Shown here: one piece after another, positions 1-15,769 of the stretch
Layout of the letters: every line of letters begins with the position of its first letter
Position numbering within the stretch: the first letter of the stretch is position 1
Assembly (NCBI GenBank): GCA_951406725.2
Contig: OX597825.1
Coordinates: forward strand, 63,860,001 to 63,924,000
Direction: 5' to 3'
Length of the DNA: 64,000 nucleotides
Source: Octopus vulgaris
Taxonomy: Eukaryota
Made by a program: the position numbers and the translations under genes
The notes under the pieces: model-generated
The model's input: the letters and a program-made list of their open reading frames with translations, nothing else
Told to the model about the DNA's origin: nothing
Databases searched by the model: none

Positions 1-1493
1 GAGATGGAATTAAACGTGTGGCCAATTCTATGTTGATATGCTTAAGCTATATGTCCGATTAATCTTATTATCTGTATATCATGATAGACATGAAAACATT
101 TAGCAAGGTAGGGTAACTGTAATATATTAATATTGTTTCTAAACCAAATAATAAATATCAGTACTAGTATCTGCACCTCTCAGTATACAGTAATGACATT
201 TGCAATTGAAAATAAGTGAATTAACAAGATTAGATACGAATACTAAGAAGTATTGACAACATTTACAGCAAAATACCATTTGCAACTGCTAGTGGCAAAT
301 GTCATAATTGTAAACGTATTAGTTATAAAGATGCTAGTGTTGATATTTATTACTATACTTTTATCATCTCATTGTTTTGCAAGTATTAATATGACATTTT
401 AATAAAACGGCTTCATAGCGTTTCCGTCTGCCAATTATACTCGCAGAGTATAGGTTGACTTCAGGCTACTCTATCAGAGATTTGCCGAAGGCATCAATTA
501 GTGCGATAGAACACAAGACCATGTGCTTATTAAACGAACTCTGCATCCACACGAATATAAACAATATTATGAAAATATTATGAATAATATTTTTATTGAA
601 TTCTTTGAAAATATGTTGAATGCACGCGTCGAAGTTGACGATGCAAACAATTATGTGTTTGTTATATTCAGCTAATAACTTGAAACCTTTGACATACAGC
701 AAGTATTTGATTGCGACACATTGTATTATATCTGCATACGATATGTTTAAACATATAGTGAGAGAATATCAACAATTCGTTTCCACGTAACGTGTTTTAC
801 TTAGCTGCTCATTAATGAGGCGAAATTGACCAGAGATAATTTAGCCAGAATTCATGTCCAAGTAAGGAGCTTTTGCTCAAAATACATTGTATTCTTAACA
901 TCTTTACTTATGTCATATAACTGATGTTTATACATTTATCAAGGTTTACAGCATCCTGTGGCGTCTTTAGCGTCATTATTTGAAGAGTAAATTTTCTACT
1001 TTGTAATATGATTGTGATATTTCTATATTAGAAAGACAAATTACTGCTGTAGTTCTTAATGATTGATATTTATGTAAAACCAACAGTGTTGCATTTCTTT
1101 ATATTTAACCTAAAAAACCACATTGATTTTAATATGTTTAACGAATAATTTGTATAAATTACTCCTCAGTAAACCTTGTTTGAAAAAAGCCATTATCCTT
1201 GACCAATCTGTCTATCACCTATTGTCATTCATAAGATACTAATTTTGGATAATTTCTTTTTCAAAACATTTGTGCTTGAGACCAATAATTTATATTAGAA
1301 CACTAAAGTACGGTCTGAGGATGAATTGGTTCTCTTTTCTTGCAGGTCCTTTTCTTGCGATCACATGCAAATCCTATTACTGATTACCGTACCTTTTTCG
1401 TCCCTAAATATGTCATTAAGATTTTCCCCCCGGTCTTTACCCGTAAGTATCTAAACATCTATGATACAACTTCATAGGAAGCAGTTATTTTAC

Positions 1494-1745
1494 CTGGAAA
1501 TTTGGCATTTTCTTTTTACAAGAGCTTTCCACTTGTTTAGACTTTGCTATATCTGCATTAATTCTTCAATTGTTATTTCCCCCATAAATATTCTACTTTT
1601 GTGTCCGTTACATTTAGCATTAATGACAGGGGGCGATCTATCCATTGTACACACTCCAACATAAAGGCTTGCTACTCTGGGCGATGTTTTGATGGCTATT
1701 TTGTTTTTAAGCTATTCTTGTTGTTCATTGCAAAATCATTTTCGG
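1494..1745 (-). pseudogene. Exon-like remnant, YWTD-repeat-like
   Basis: Acceptor gatattcag| and donor ccag|gtaaaa; one frame reads IAIKTSPRVASLYVGVCTMDRSPPVINAKCNGHKSRIF; frameshift and stop present. Confidence 0.35.
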
Positions 1746-1789
1746 CTGAATATCAAATATTAAAAAAAATAAATAAATGAAAAAAACAA

Positions 1790-2140
1790 CGTTTTCTATA
1801 GCAACGAATTCTGTGATATAGTGCAGATCGTATATGGTGGATTGTCCTTCATATTGTTTTACGTTTTCTGATGCATTCCTTTCTCTGTTATTTGATATTT
1901 CTTTAATATTTCCCGCTGTTTGTTTTTAACATTGGGTTTCCCTGGCTTTGTTGATGTTATTAAGAAGCGCAAGTCTTTCATTGTGTTTTTACGTTAGTTT
2001 TCAAGAGATTTGCTTGTGTTCATACGAGAGGTAGCGATGACGTACCGATGTTCCTATACAAATGATACACGCACGCCATAACTTTAATATTTTATCCTCG
2101 TTGTTATTGTTCTTTATATCTGTTTATAATTTATAATTTA
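1790..2140 (-). mobile_element. Degenerate R4/Dong-like LINE fragment (pre-RT region)
   Basis: Manual translation LEN*RKNTMKDLRFL...KPGK...REILKKYQI resembles the basic region upstream of RT in RLE-LINEs; same strand as neighbouring fragments. Confidence 0.35.
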
Positions 2141-2157
2141 ATGGGCATGTTTCCATT

Positions 2158-2370
<213 letters not shown>

Positions 2371-2379
2371 GTAAATCCA

Positions 2380-2490
2380 CGAGCTGGCAGAATCGTTAGC
2401 ACGCCGGGAAAGAAGTGCCTAGCAGCATTTCGCCAGTCTCTCCGTTCTGAGTTTCAACTGAGCCGAGATCGACTTTGCTTTTCATCCTTA
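2380..2490 (+). mobile_element. tRNA-derived SINE, 3'-truncated
   Basis: gagctggcagaatcgttagcacgccgg head and gtcgactttgc-tttcatcc core shared with the 6373-6608 copy. Confidence 0.85.
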
Positions 2491-2495
2491 CATAC

Positions 2496-2863
<368 letters not shown>

Positions 2864-2924
2864 TTGCTGATGATGTTGATTTCATTTATTTGTCACCAGG
2901 GGAAAGGACAAGGAGGACAATGCT

Positions 2925-3100
2925 TTTGCTATAGGCAGAAGGCCTGAAAATTTGCGGAAGGATCACGGGTGATTATCACAACGCCAGTCCTCAACTATTA
3001 CTTATTTTATTGTCCCGAGTTGATGAAAGGTAAAGTCGAACTTGGTGGAATTCTAATTTCAGAACATAAAGACGGATTAAATGTTGCTAAGCATAATTTC
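2925..3100 (-). mobile_element. tRNA-derived SINE, diverged
   Basis: gatgaaaggtaaagtcgaacttggtggaatt...cagaac is the reverse complement of the SINE core. Confidence 0.75.
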
Positions 3101-3189
3101 CGGAAAGTTTGAATTGCACAGTTCTAATTGCATCATTCCCCTTCCCCAGCTACTTCTAGATAGACACAGGCGTTCAACGTCTGCATTTT

Positions 3190-4287
<1,098 letters not shown>

Positions 4288-4309
4288 TATTATTATTATC
4301 ATTATTATG

Positions 4310-4990
<681 letters not shown>

Positions 4991-5379
4991 TTATCATTAT
5001 TATTATTATTGTTATCATTATTATTATATTATCATAATAATATAGACGCAACTCTTCACAAGGGTAAACCATCAAGACGAAGAGCGCGATACGAGTGTAA
5101 CAGATACTTTATTGGTTGAAGCACGATACGAATGTAATAGATATTTTATTGGTTCAAAAAAGAAGTGATAAACATTCAAAATTATAATAATTTAATTTAA
5201 AAATATGAACGAGATCTACGAGCGTCCACACGGTGATGGAATGACATCAGTCTTTAAGTTTCGACTTTATAACAGGCGAAAAGAAAACGACAGAAAAAAG
5301 AGACAGTAGAAAGTGGAAAAAAAACGAAACGAAAAGGTAAAAGAAGAATATGTAATCAAACAGTTTTGTATAAATTTGA

Positions 5380-6240
5380 TATTCTCTTGTCATTTTATTC
5401 ATTCCTCCAGGGTGTGATATTAATAATCAGCAAACATATTTCTTCTCATGCATTCTGATAAGTGACAGTGAAGCAAATTCAAAATATTTTCTGAGAATAT
5501 ACACTTTCATATCTTTTTCAAAATTGCCGCTGTTTGAAACGAAATGTTAGGCAAATTCTATCGAACTACTGTTTTTGTTCCTGACTTCGGATCTGTGCCC
5601 ATTAAATCATTTGTTTAATTGTTCTGTTGTGAAACAAACATAAATCAAGTTGTTTCGTGCATTCTGCTACGTACACCGAATGGGAATTTGTACGTGTACC
5701 AACTTCTCTATAAATCATAACATCTCCGTTATGATTCCTGATGGAATTCACTTGACTCATGTTGTCGCAAAATGAACAGGGCTTACCTCTCTTGCGGCTG
5801 TTTTTCAAGGCACAGGTTGGAGACACTCCCATGTAATTGGGCTTTGGATCGACAAGTGATTCTTCGTATGAAGTTTTGTCTTTATAATTCTTCACAAGCC
5901 GAAATATACTCACTGTTATACATAAATACGATAGCGCCTCACTTATCCGCCATTTTAATACCAATAAAATCGTTGTTAGATAGACGTCGTAGTGTGTAAT
6001 GCTGGGAAGCCGTGAGGTTATTCCAGGGCTTCTTTTCACTTTTTTTAAGGCTTTCTCTAATGTCTGCCTGACAAGATTCAAGAAATTCCAGCAGTGCTTG
6101 TGAACGTCTATCCCGAACCTTATCTGGGTACGAATTGCGATTCTTTTCAATCCAATTATGCCAGATTCGAACATCATCAATTTTATTAACATCAATTTTA
6201 TTTCTTCAGCTTGTGTCAGTGGACAAACTGAAATAGCCCT
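5380..6240 (-). mobile_element. Penelope-like element: degenerate RT-thumb/linker and GIY-YIG endonuclease
   Basis: ORF 5602-6195 has PCSFC...SVYVAECTKQ; the shifted frame continues YVCFTTEQLNK*FNGHRS...HF...PGGMN, matching the PLE GIY-YIG pattern VY...C...Y.G.T...L..R...H. Confidence 0.8.
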
Positions 6241-6329
6241 TAAACTAGTTTATTCTTGTCGAAATTGTTAGTGCATGGGTGGTAACTGAGTCTACGTCCA
6301 AAATCTGAGTCATCGTCGTGCGGAAGTTT

Positions 6330-7030
6330 TAGCTTTAGCCTGGTAGTTCCTTGTAGGTAGGTATTGATCTTGGGCGGCGAGCTGGCAGAATCGTTAGCAC
6401 GCAGGGCGAAATGCGTAGCCGTATTTCGTCTGCCGTTACATTCTGAGTTCAAATTCCGCCGAGGTTGACTTTGCCTTTCATCCTTTCGGGGTCGATAAAT
6501 TAAGTACCAGTTACGTACTGGGGGTCGATGTTATCGACTTAATCCGTTTGTTTGTCCTTGTTTGTCCCCTCTATGTTTAGCCCCTTGTGGGTAGTAAAGA
6601 AATAGGTATTGATCTTGGGCTGGTATGTTAAACGCTTCTTTTTCTGATTTTTAGCAATTGGACACTAACCATTGATGGGTAAGGGCTTTGTCAACATCTG
6701 CACTATTAGCTCTCTTCCGGTATTTTCCATTGAGAGGTTTTCCTTGCCATTTATTGTAACGATAAGGAAACAGTTTTAGCACGGGTTTTCATACGGTTAG
6801 ATTTTTCTGTACTTGTTTCCAGTACATCTAATTCTTGAATTTGTTGTATTTGGAATTCACTTAGATATTCCTTTGCCTGTTTTGTTACTGAGTATGTTGC
6901 TTTCTTGTTTTCATGTTTTGAGATAAGTTTTAATATCCAGCTATCAGAATTTTCCAGGTAGGTGTCTAGACCACTTGTAGTAATATTCGCCTTCGTTTCT
7001 ATGCCTGTATGTTGGAATATCATCAAGTAC
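6330..7030 (-). mobile_element. R4/Dong-type LINE fragment (post-RT region) interrupted by a SINE
   Basis: WQGKPLNGKY...ADVDKALTHQWL...PAQDQ|YLPTRNYQAK reads contiguously once the SINE and one TSD copy are removed. Confidence 0.85.
6373..6608 (+). mobile_element. Full-length tRNA-derived SINE with Deu/Nin-like central domain and 18-bp TSD
   Basis: A-box-like tggcagaatcgttag, B-box-like gagttcaaattcc, core gccttt catcctttcggggtcgataaattaagtaccag; direct repeat taggtattgatcttgggc at 6358-6375 and 6603-6620. Confidence 0.9.
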
Positions 7031-7431
7031 CGTTATCTTCATTTCTGGGGACACTACATTTTGCATAATATATTCATTGTATTTCTTATACAATTTTTTA
7101 AAAATATCTATTCATCATTTAACTCTGAATCACCTTTAATAATGTTCTCTCGAACATACATTTGAATAACGTATCAGTTTATGCTCTGTGGTTTACTTGT
7201 GTGAGTATAGTTACTTAGTGTTCATGAATTCTATTACACGTGGAAAAATAGTCAGGTTCTCTATAAAATTATTCACAAAACGTAATTTATTTGAAGAAAT
7301 ATTTGGAAATGTTTTAAATGGCAGCTCAATAGCATTTTTGTCAGTTCCTTTTTGCTTTTGATGTTACAATACTTCTATGTTAACAGATGTATTTTAAAGC
7401 TGTAAAGTAATAATACATATCATCATGCAAG

Positions 7432-7543
<112 letters not shown>

Positions 7544-7559
7544 CATTATTATTATTATT

Positions 7560-8113
7560 GAGTGAGAGAGCAGTGCATGCCATCAAAGTGACACTGGGGT
7601 AAAATATACGAAGCCCAGTATACACATCATGACTACCCGTCTGATAAGGGTACACTAGGCACATGCATCACAACCATATGTGCGCGACATGGGGATCTCA
7701 TATCAAGATAAACAGCACATGACCTTGCAGGTGGGGCCCAGTTAGTATTTTGTTCTGGTCGAGTAGTCTATCCCGCTCAAAATGTCCCTGAATAAGGGTT
7801 GTTTAAGGATGTTGAACGAAACACCCCTGTTTCCAAAGGTGAATTATTCAAACCCCAAAGAATCCCCCTCAACACATGGCTATGATGCTCCCCCACTACT
7901 TCTGCTCATGATCAGAGATGCACATATCGTCAGCCACTAAGGGACATGCTCAACTGGTTAAGGTCAAACAACTGACAAGCAAATCTGTGGTATTGAGCAG
8001 AATATTTGCTGTAGCCCATCTTTTATACCAAGACAAAACAATGTACATGATAACACTTGCAATCAGTTAAGATCAGAAGCCATGAAAGCCACTGCCTGGT
8101 ACTGCATCAGGGC

Positions 8114-8117
<4 letters not shown>
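7560..8117. mobile_element. ~550-bp non-coding interspersed element embedded in (ATT)n, copy 2
   Basis: Same ends as 4444-4990; (ATT)n on both sides; no long ORF. Confidence 0.85.
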
Positions 8118-8182
<65 letters not shown>

Positions 8183-8229
8183 CATTATTATTATTATTAT
8201 CATTATTATTATTATTATTATCATTATTA

Positions 8230-9235
8230 ATATTTCTTCCTTTCTTCAAATTTTTTTCCACTTCTCGCCGAGTGTTTTCCGTACACCTCGGGCAGAGAAG
8301 CTCATTGTATGCATTCTCAGATTAAACACGCACATTCACAGGTAGACTATGTATTTAAAAAATTAATAAATATATACATTCATGAATGGATGTTCTTTTC
8401 ACAGCGATAATGCCTTTGTCAGCACATGCGTCGTTACAGCGAACAGGATTTTTTGCACTTCCTGTAGGGATGATACGCCTGATATCATTTTCAAACAGGT
8501 TTCAATAACTTTTTTATCATTCCTAGAGATCCTACAATCACTGGTACTGTAGTCACCTTGAGATGCCACATTTTTCAATTTCTTTTAGCAAGTCTTTATA
8601 TTTACTGATCTTGACAAATTCTTTCGCCGCTATACTGTGATCTCAAGGAATACTCATGTCAATTAAGAAACACCTTTTTTTGTCTGATCATTTGTGATAA
8701 TATCCGGTTTATTAGCTTTTATAGGTTTGTCGGTATGTACGGGGAAGTCCCATAGAATCGACACATTTTTTTTCCCTTAGTCACACCTTCAGAATGGTGT
8801 TTATACCATTTGTCAGTGGTTTTGGTTTTATAAAGCCGACATATTGTCCAGTGTAAATACTGGCCAACTCTGTCATGTCTTGCTTTATATTCTACAGGTG
8901 CTAAGACTCTACACCCTGAGATTAGGTGGTCTATAGTTTCAATCGCATCGTTACAGAATCGGCATTTTGGGTCAGCTCCATTTTTTATCACATTGACTTG
9001 GTAGATCCGGGTTAGTAAGCTTTGGTGTTGAGTAGCTAATATGAAAACTTCACTCTCTGAGCTTCGTAACCATTGATGCGTGTGTTTCTGGTCGATATCA
9101 GCTTGTTTGTTACGGGTCACCTACTTGCCGCGCAGAGGTTTCTGTTTCCATCTTCTAGCTAATTTTTCATGTGCTTTTGTCTTTGCAATTAATTTTATTT
9201 TCATTGCAGCAGCAGTTGGCGCATTTCCTTCAACA
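8230..9235 (-). mobile_element. R4/Dong-type LINE 3' portion: CCHC knuckle, restriction-like endonuclease and 3'UTR
   Basis: CRFC...ETIDHLISGC, YKARHD, then WDFPVHTDKPIKANKPDII...FLIDMSIP...KYKDL...PVIVGSLG; ends in (TAA)n. Confidence 0.92.
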
Positions 9236-9239
9236 TTAC

Positions 9240-9309
<70 letters not shown>

Positions 9310-9312
<3 letters not shown>

Positions 9313-9508
9313 TAGTTTTATTTTTATAGCGTGATTTCACTTCACTACCGAGCACAGCTCTGTGTGCCTTGGGTATGTGCTGTGATTTGTTGTGATGCTC
9401 TGATGGTTATTGTATGGAAAGTGTTCTGCGTAGGATGTGTGCAGTGCCTAGTAGTGCAATTTTCTGTATGTTATATGTGTTTGTAAGTCCTGGTATTTTT
9501 GTTATGTT
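9310..9508 (-). mobile_element. 3' end of R4/Dong-type LINE (5'-truncated)
   Basis: KIPGLTNTYNIQKIALLGTAHILRRTLSIQ*; same family as 4130-4287; between (TAA)n tracts. Confidence 0.85.
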
Positions 9509-9509
9509 A

Positions 9510-9682
<173 letters not shown>

Positions 9683-11843
9683 AGCATTTCCGACGTACTA
9701 AGGGCAGCTGTGTCTCCAAATAAGAAAATTACATTATTCATAATACATTACTTCCTCTTAGACACGCGGTTATGAAGACAGGTGGGAATAAGTGAGAATA
9801 AGTGGGAATAATGCTGAAAGAAAGTAGTAATGTGGACTTAAAGGGCCAGAATGGGTGGGGAATATTATTTTCAGCTCCACGCCTTCCAAAGAAAATTTTT
9901 GTGGTTGTTTTATGGATTGCTCAACGTGGATCTGCACATTTTAATTCAATGTCAAGAAACTACCTTTAATTTCACCGGTATATGAAATGTTAGGACAGGA
10001 ATATAAAGTAATGAAATACCCGTGGCATATATGATTGCGTGTTTGGCAGGTCAGAGTTTATTCGTTTTTGCGGGTAATTACTTCGGTGTTGACACAGGTC
10101 TTAATGCAATTTATAGCAGAGTGTGCCTTCTACTTAGATATGTAGATATGTGCACCACGCAACGACGATATTGTCCATGAATGATAGTAAGACTGGTAGT
10201 GTTACCACCTGGATTAAGTTGAAAATTGTGCTTAGATTTAAAGATTTTAACTAATCTTACAGCTTGTCAGGCTTAGCTAACCACATCCACACAAACATCG
10301 TCATAAATACTTACTTCCTTGTTAAGAAGTAATAACTATATCATGAAAACTATGTATCTGTTATATAAATATGTATACAGAAATCTTATATAACTAGTTT
10401 TACAAACGTTTATGTAAATGTCTTACTGATATCGAAAACCGATTACGCTCGTCTTTTTACAAAAATCTTTAAGTTATTGTCAAAGATTCATAGATTAATA
10501 CACCATAGATGTCTTTATGTTAATCAATCATCTTAATATTGAGGTTTATATAATATGAAAAGTTTCTTCAGCTACACTGAAATATGCTTCTACAAATTTA
10601 TGCAGGATAAATTACTACAAACTTTAGATACATTAACAGAATCAGCATAACGCACGGGTTGCAGTTTAGGGATTGAAATCCTGACGCTGCTGAATTTACC
10701 TTTCATACATACGATACGATCAAATAAATCCCAGTCAAGTACTGGGGTCCATTTCATCGACTACTTCCAAAACGTCCATAAATTGTGTCTATATTAGAAA
10801 TTATTTTAGTGTTGTTGTAAAACAAGTACTTACTCTTGATATTATTGTTTTCGCTTTTGTTGTTATTACAGTATATTTACAAGATCTAAGTCTATTTTAG
10901 TAGAAAGCAATTTCCAGTCATTGAAAATGCATTGACATTTAGCCAACTGAAAAATGGTACTAATTGGAATTGTATTAATAACAATGTTCCGCCTAGTTCA
11001 AATAATAGCTGTCCTTTTATTAAATGCTTGAGAAGGCAGGACAGTTTCGCTGATGTTACCACCATTTATAACGAAAGCTATATCTAATATGTGTTCAACC
11101 ATTACATCTGATGTAGAATTAATATATGGCCTTTTAGTTTCTCTGTTTCAATCGAAGTATCATTTAAAGTAGATTGATTTTAAGAGTTGATAACTTCAGT
11201 GATGTTCATGTGTCCATCTGACTGTTTATTTTATCTTTCCAGTAAAACCGTGGCTTAGTGAGTGAATTGTGTACTCAAAAGCTTTCAGCTTTTATTTCAA
11301 GTTTGTCCAGTCTTGCATAAAATAGTAAATATATAGCAAATAGGAGAACTAGTTTTCATGACGGTTTTATCAAACTTCCACGAATAAAATATCTACATTA
11401 GTTAGAATCTATGGGTTCAATATTTGTGTATGGTGCTGTAGATAGTTAAGACATTGGATAAAGGGTAATAGATAATCTTAAAAGCAAGCTGTTCTTAAGA
11501 ACATGTACAATTACTCACATTAAACTAGTTCCTTATGTTCAAAGGCATAATGTAATTGCTTTGCTTCTTTCACAATTACCTAGGAGTATTTTCTGACTGA
11601 CTGAAGTATAGACACAACATTACGCCCATTAAACTTCACTTGAGAAACACATAAAACATATATATATATATTCACACACATACATATATATACAGACATA
11701 TACGCACAAATGTATCGACGAGCTACCGCATAGGTGCCGGCTATTGATTCATACGTCATCACTGACTCGAAATTCTAATACAACATGCATAATCAGGTCT
11801 AGCAACCTCGTCGTTGCAATGTAAATCAGTTTGACTCAGCGTC

Positions 11844-11911
<68 letters not shown>

Positions 11912-12705
11912 TAGATAGATATAAGAGCGTTATAGTTCGCTTGAAGCATTGTTGTATAGAAGTAGAAAAAGAGAAGGAAAATAAGAGAGCATTAAATAAT
12001 TCAGAATGCTTTACAAACACCTTTATATTTAAAGCGCAAAGTCCACCCTCAGAAGGCTACAACTCTTTGAATACTTCCATGTTAGAAAGGGTTTTAACTA
12101 AAGAAATTTTAATTCTATTATTCTGTAAAATAATATTTAATTAGTTTAAATATAAACAAATGTATAAAAATAATTTTTAATTCCATTAAACATTCTAAAA
12201 TACTATTAAAATTCATTCAATTTTAAAAAACCTAAAATCGGACAGAACTTATGGGATGTCATGATATTTCAACTGCTCGGCATTTGAGTTAGCAATAGCA
12301 ACAACTTGTCCAACAATTTATTGTTGTGACGTAATTTTCACGTGATACCCTGATGGAAGATGGTGTTGGAGGCATATATTATGATATCGGTTGTAGTCGC
12401 TGTGATGCTTTTATAGGAGCCATCGGCTCATCTCCGATCGAACGTTGATTTTCGATTTGAAGCTTATGTAAATATATACGTAAAAGGTAATATGTGTGCG
12501 TGTGCGTGTGCGTGCGGGCTCGTAAGTATTAACCTTAAAATGTCCCTACTTAATTTGCGATAAAAGTAATGTTTAAATAAAAACTTCAATTTGAGAATGA
12601 TGTAAATGAATTTCCAATGATTTTCTTTCTGTTTTTGAAGTTGTACTTCAAAGGTAAAGCTTTTAAGCCATTCAAAAATTTTGAAGTTTTTCAAATTCAA
12701 AATAT

Positions 12706-13297
12706 ATTCTTTTCTATTCTAGGCACAACGCCCGAAATTTTGGGAGAGGGGACCAGTCGATTAAATCGACCACATTACGCAACTCGTATTTAATTTATCG
12801 ACTCCAAAAAAAAAAAAGGATGAAAGGCAAAGTCGACCTCGGTGGAATTTGAACTCCGAACGTAAAGATAATCGAAATACCTCTTTCTTTACTACCCACA
12901 AGGGACTAAACACAGAGGGGACAAACGAGGACAGACAAACGGATTAAGTCGATTATATCGACCCCAGTGCGTAACTGGTACTTAATTTATCGACCCCGAA
13001 AGGATGAAAGGCAAAGTCGACCTCGGTGGAATTTGAACTCAGAACGTAAAGACAATCGAAATACCTCTTTTTTTACTACCCACAAGGGACTAAACACAGA
13101 GAGGACAAACAAGGACAGACAAACGGATTAAGTCGATTATATTGACCCCAGTGCGTAACTGGTACTTAATTTATCGACCCCGAAAGGATGAAAAGCAAAG
13201 TCGACCTCGGCGGAATTTGAACTCAGAACGTAGCGGCAGACGAAAAACCGTTAAGCATTTCGCTCAGTGTGTAAACGATTCTGTCAGCTCGCCGCCC
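12706..13297 (-). mobile_element. SINE concatemer, three head-to-tail units, the last with a different 3' tail
   Basis: Core aaaggcaaagtcgacctcgg occurs three times (about 12825, 13010, 13192); only the first unit keeps the A-box head. Confidence 0.9.
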
Positions 13298-13649
13298 TTG
13301 AACAATATATAGTCAAAAATATAATGCTCTCTTTGTATAAATGTCACTGGTCTTTAATGGGAGCTCATGTGTTACATGAGAAATAGATGTGTATGTAGAG
13401 TTAAACGGTTCTTAAAATAAAAGTCAGTAAGATATGGTTAAATTGAAGCACTATATACAATTCGATCCTTAGTCATTTAGCATTTGAAGGGTGCAACTTT
13501 AATCACTCACTCTCTAAACTGTATCTATAATATAGTAAACCTATACATGAAACAGACTTGAATCAAATATGGTTGTAAATGGACTAGCAGAGTCATTAGC
13601 ATGTTGGAAGTTTTCTCTTGCAGTAAGTTGTTACCCTAAGACAGTGTGT

Positions 13650-14040
13650 GCTGGCAAGATCGTTAGCACACCATGCAAATGCCCAGCTGCATTGCATCCG
13701 TCTTCATGTTATAAGTTCAAATTCCGCCTAGGTTGTCATCCTTTCTGGGTCGATGAAATAAGTACCAAATTAGCACTGAGGACGGTGTAATTAATTTTTA
13801 ACCCTCCCCGAGAGTGCTGACCCTGTACCAAAATTTGAAACTTATACTTAGTTTCCATGAGTAAGGAAGTGAGTTGCCGTGGTCGTCACCACGCCGAATT
13901 CACGTTCTGAGTTCAATTTCTGCCTAAGTCGATATAGCGTTTCATACATTTGGAGTCGACATAATGAGTACTAATCGAGCCGTGGAGTCGACGAAACCCC
14001 CTTCCCGTACTTGCTGGGTTTGTACCAAAATTTAAAACCA
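13650..14040 (+). mobile_element. Two old, diverged SINE copies
   Basis: gctggcaagatcgttagcac...gttcaaattccgcc...gtcgatgaaataagtacc, and a second ttctgagttcaatt...gtcgac core. Confidence 0.7.
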
Positions 14041-14220
14041 TTAATATTATTATTTCTGTTTTTGCTGTTGTTCCCTATATTGTGTTTATTCTTATTATCA
14101 ACATTGCTACTATCATTATTATTATTATTACATGATTCTACTTTTGTTATCTATCTGATTGGAGATTATCTTTGCGGAATGGAAGGCAGAAAAAAGTGAT
14201 TGACTTAATAATTTTTTTAA

Positions 14221-14665
14221 TATTGGGTCATCCCATAAATAATGCAGGTTTTATATATTTCTTTTATTTTTGAAAATTAAGATAAACAAAGTTCATTTTT
14301 ATTCTAAAATATACTCTCCCTCATTTTCTACGATACTCTTCCATCAATCTGATAGATTTGCAAATTTCTGCCAACATTCATTTGTTCGATACGAAAAATG
14401 CTCCTCCAGTACTGTTCTGACCTAATCTACAGAATTCATATTTTTTCCGTCCAAATGATTTTGAAGACTACGAAATGAGTGATAATCAGATGGAGCAATA
14501 TCCAGCGAATATGGTGAATGGGGTATCTTTTCCCATTCAAATTTCTTCAAACTTTGGAAAATTATCTTTGCTGTATGTGGTCGAGCATTATCCTGATGAA
14601 AGGACAACTTTCGTCCTGAAAGTAAAGATGGTACTTTTTCTTCTAGTGCTGACTTACGCCGCCCA
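14221..14665 (-). mobile_element. mariner transposon 3' remnant with TIR
   Basis: HQDNARPH...PHSPYSLDIAPSDYHSFRSLQNHL (mariner D,D34D motifs); TIR ta-ttgggtcatcccataa at 14221. Confidence 0.9.
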
Positions 14666-15553
14666 GAATTTATAACAGTTGTTCGAAATTAAGAAAACAA
14701 ATTTCTCGTTTACTGCACCGAGAAAAGTATATTCAAATCTCAAAATTTAATTTTACAGTTCTTCAATTGAACATAAAGAAAATTACGTTCCGTTTAAATT
14801 CTTTGCTGTGCGACATAATGGAGCTTAGGTGGGTTCTCTTAATATTGCTTTTAAAGCCAGGGGAATGGAATGATTAATCATAAATACAGTTCATTTTTTA
14901 ATCCTATCACGAGAAAAAGTGATAAGCTATTATTACATTTTAATTGAAATATCAGTTTTTATAATTCTCCATAGATACAACGATTTACCTTTTCATATCA
15001 TTTGCATTTCCTTTCCGAATCTCTCACAAAGTGAACTACAGAATATCAACAAGTTTCAATATAAACAGTCTTAAACAGGCATATTATATTAACACATATT
15101 TTTGCTATTTCAGTGAGTTGAAATAAATAATTCCGTACCTTGTACACGCATCGACTAAGTTTAACTGAGCTCTTTGAAAACTGTGAATATATATACGCTT
15201 TCATTGAATATTTAGTTATTTGCATTTAATATGAAATCCAGCATATATGAAAGCTAAGCAACTTATTGTTTGAAATTTTTCATTAATAGATTATGAATAA
15301 CAGGTATAATTTCTATATTATCAGCTTATACATAGCTACGTGTCCATCCCACTGCCCCTGTTTCTCGAGATGTTTAATGGATAAATCTATGGAGAAGTGT
15401 TATCAAGAATTGCTTTCGTTCGTCTAAACAATATTCATGTCACAACTAATGTTCTAACTCATGGCGGGGTAGCTGGTATTGAGGTGAACATTCATCAAAT
15501 ATTTTTTTAAAGATGAAATTGCTTCATTTATAAAAATAAGACACTATAACCCA

Positions 15554-15592
<39 letters not shown>

Positions 15593-15599
15593 ACCTCAC

Positions 15600-15769
15600 C
15601 CTTATCATTCCCGGGTTAGGAAGGTCTGAACAGGTGATTACATGCTTTGTATGAATTACATCAGTCCAAATGAGTAGTTTTCTGGAACAATTAAATCTTT
15701 GTGATACGGCACTTTTTGAGACTTCTAATACAGATTTTGCCTTTATCTCATCTAAGAAAATATTGCCTT
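15600..15769 (-). pseudogene. Open 170-nt exon encoding a YWTD/LDLR class B-like repeat
   Basis: Acceptor taatgctag|, donor AGG|gtgagg; open frame EGNIFLDEIKAKSVLEVSKSAVSQRFNCSRKLLIWTDVIHTKHVITCSDLPNPGMIR (cf. FDC..K.IYWTDV...I..A.L); the other two frames are closed. Confidence 0.6.

Noticed and set aside
8040-8117. HDV-like ribozyme at the end of the 550-bp element
   Set aside because: A possible P3/L3 is present, but I found no matching P1/P2; needs computational folding.
11515-11640. Exon with apparent splice sites (VKFNGRNVVSILQS)
   Set aside because: All frames contain stops; at best part of the decayed gene, and not supportable alone.
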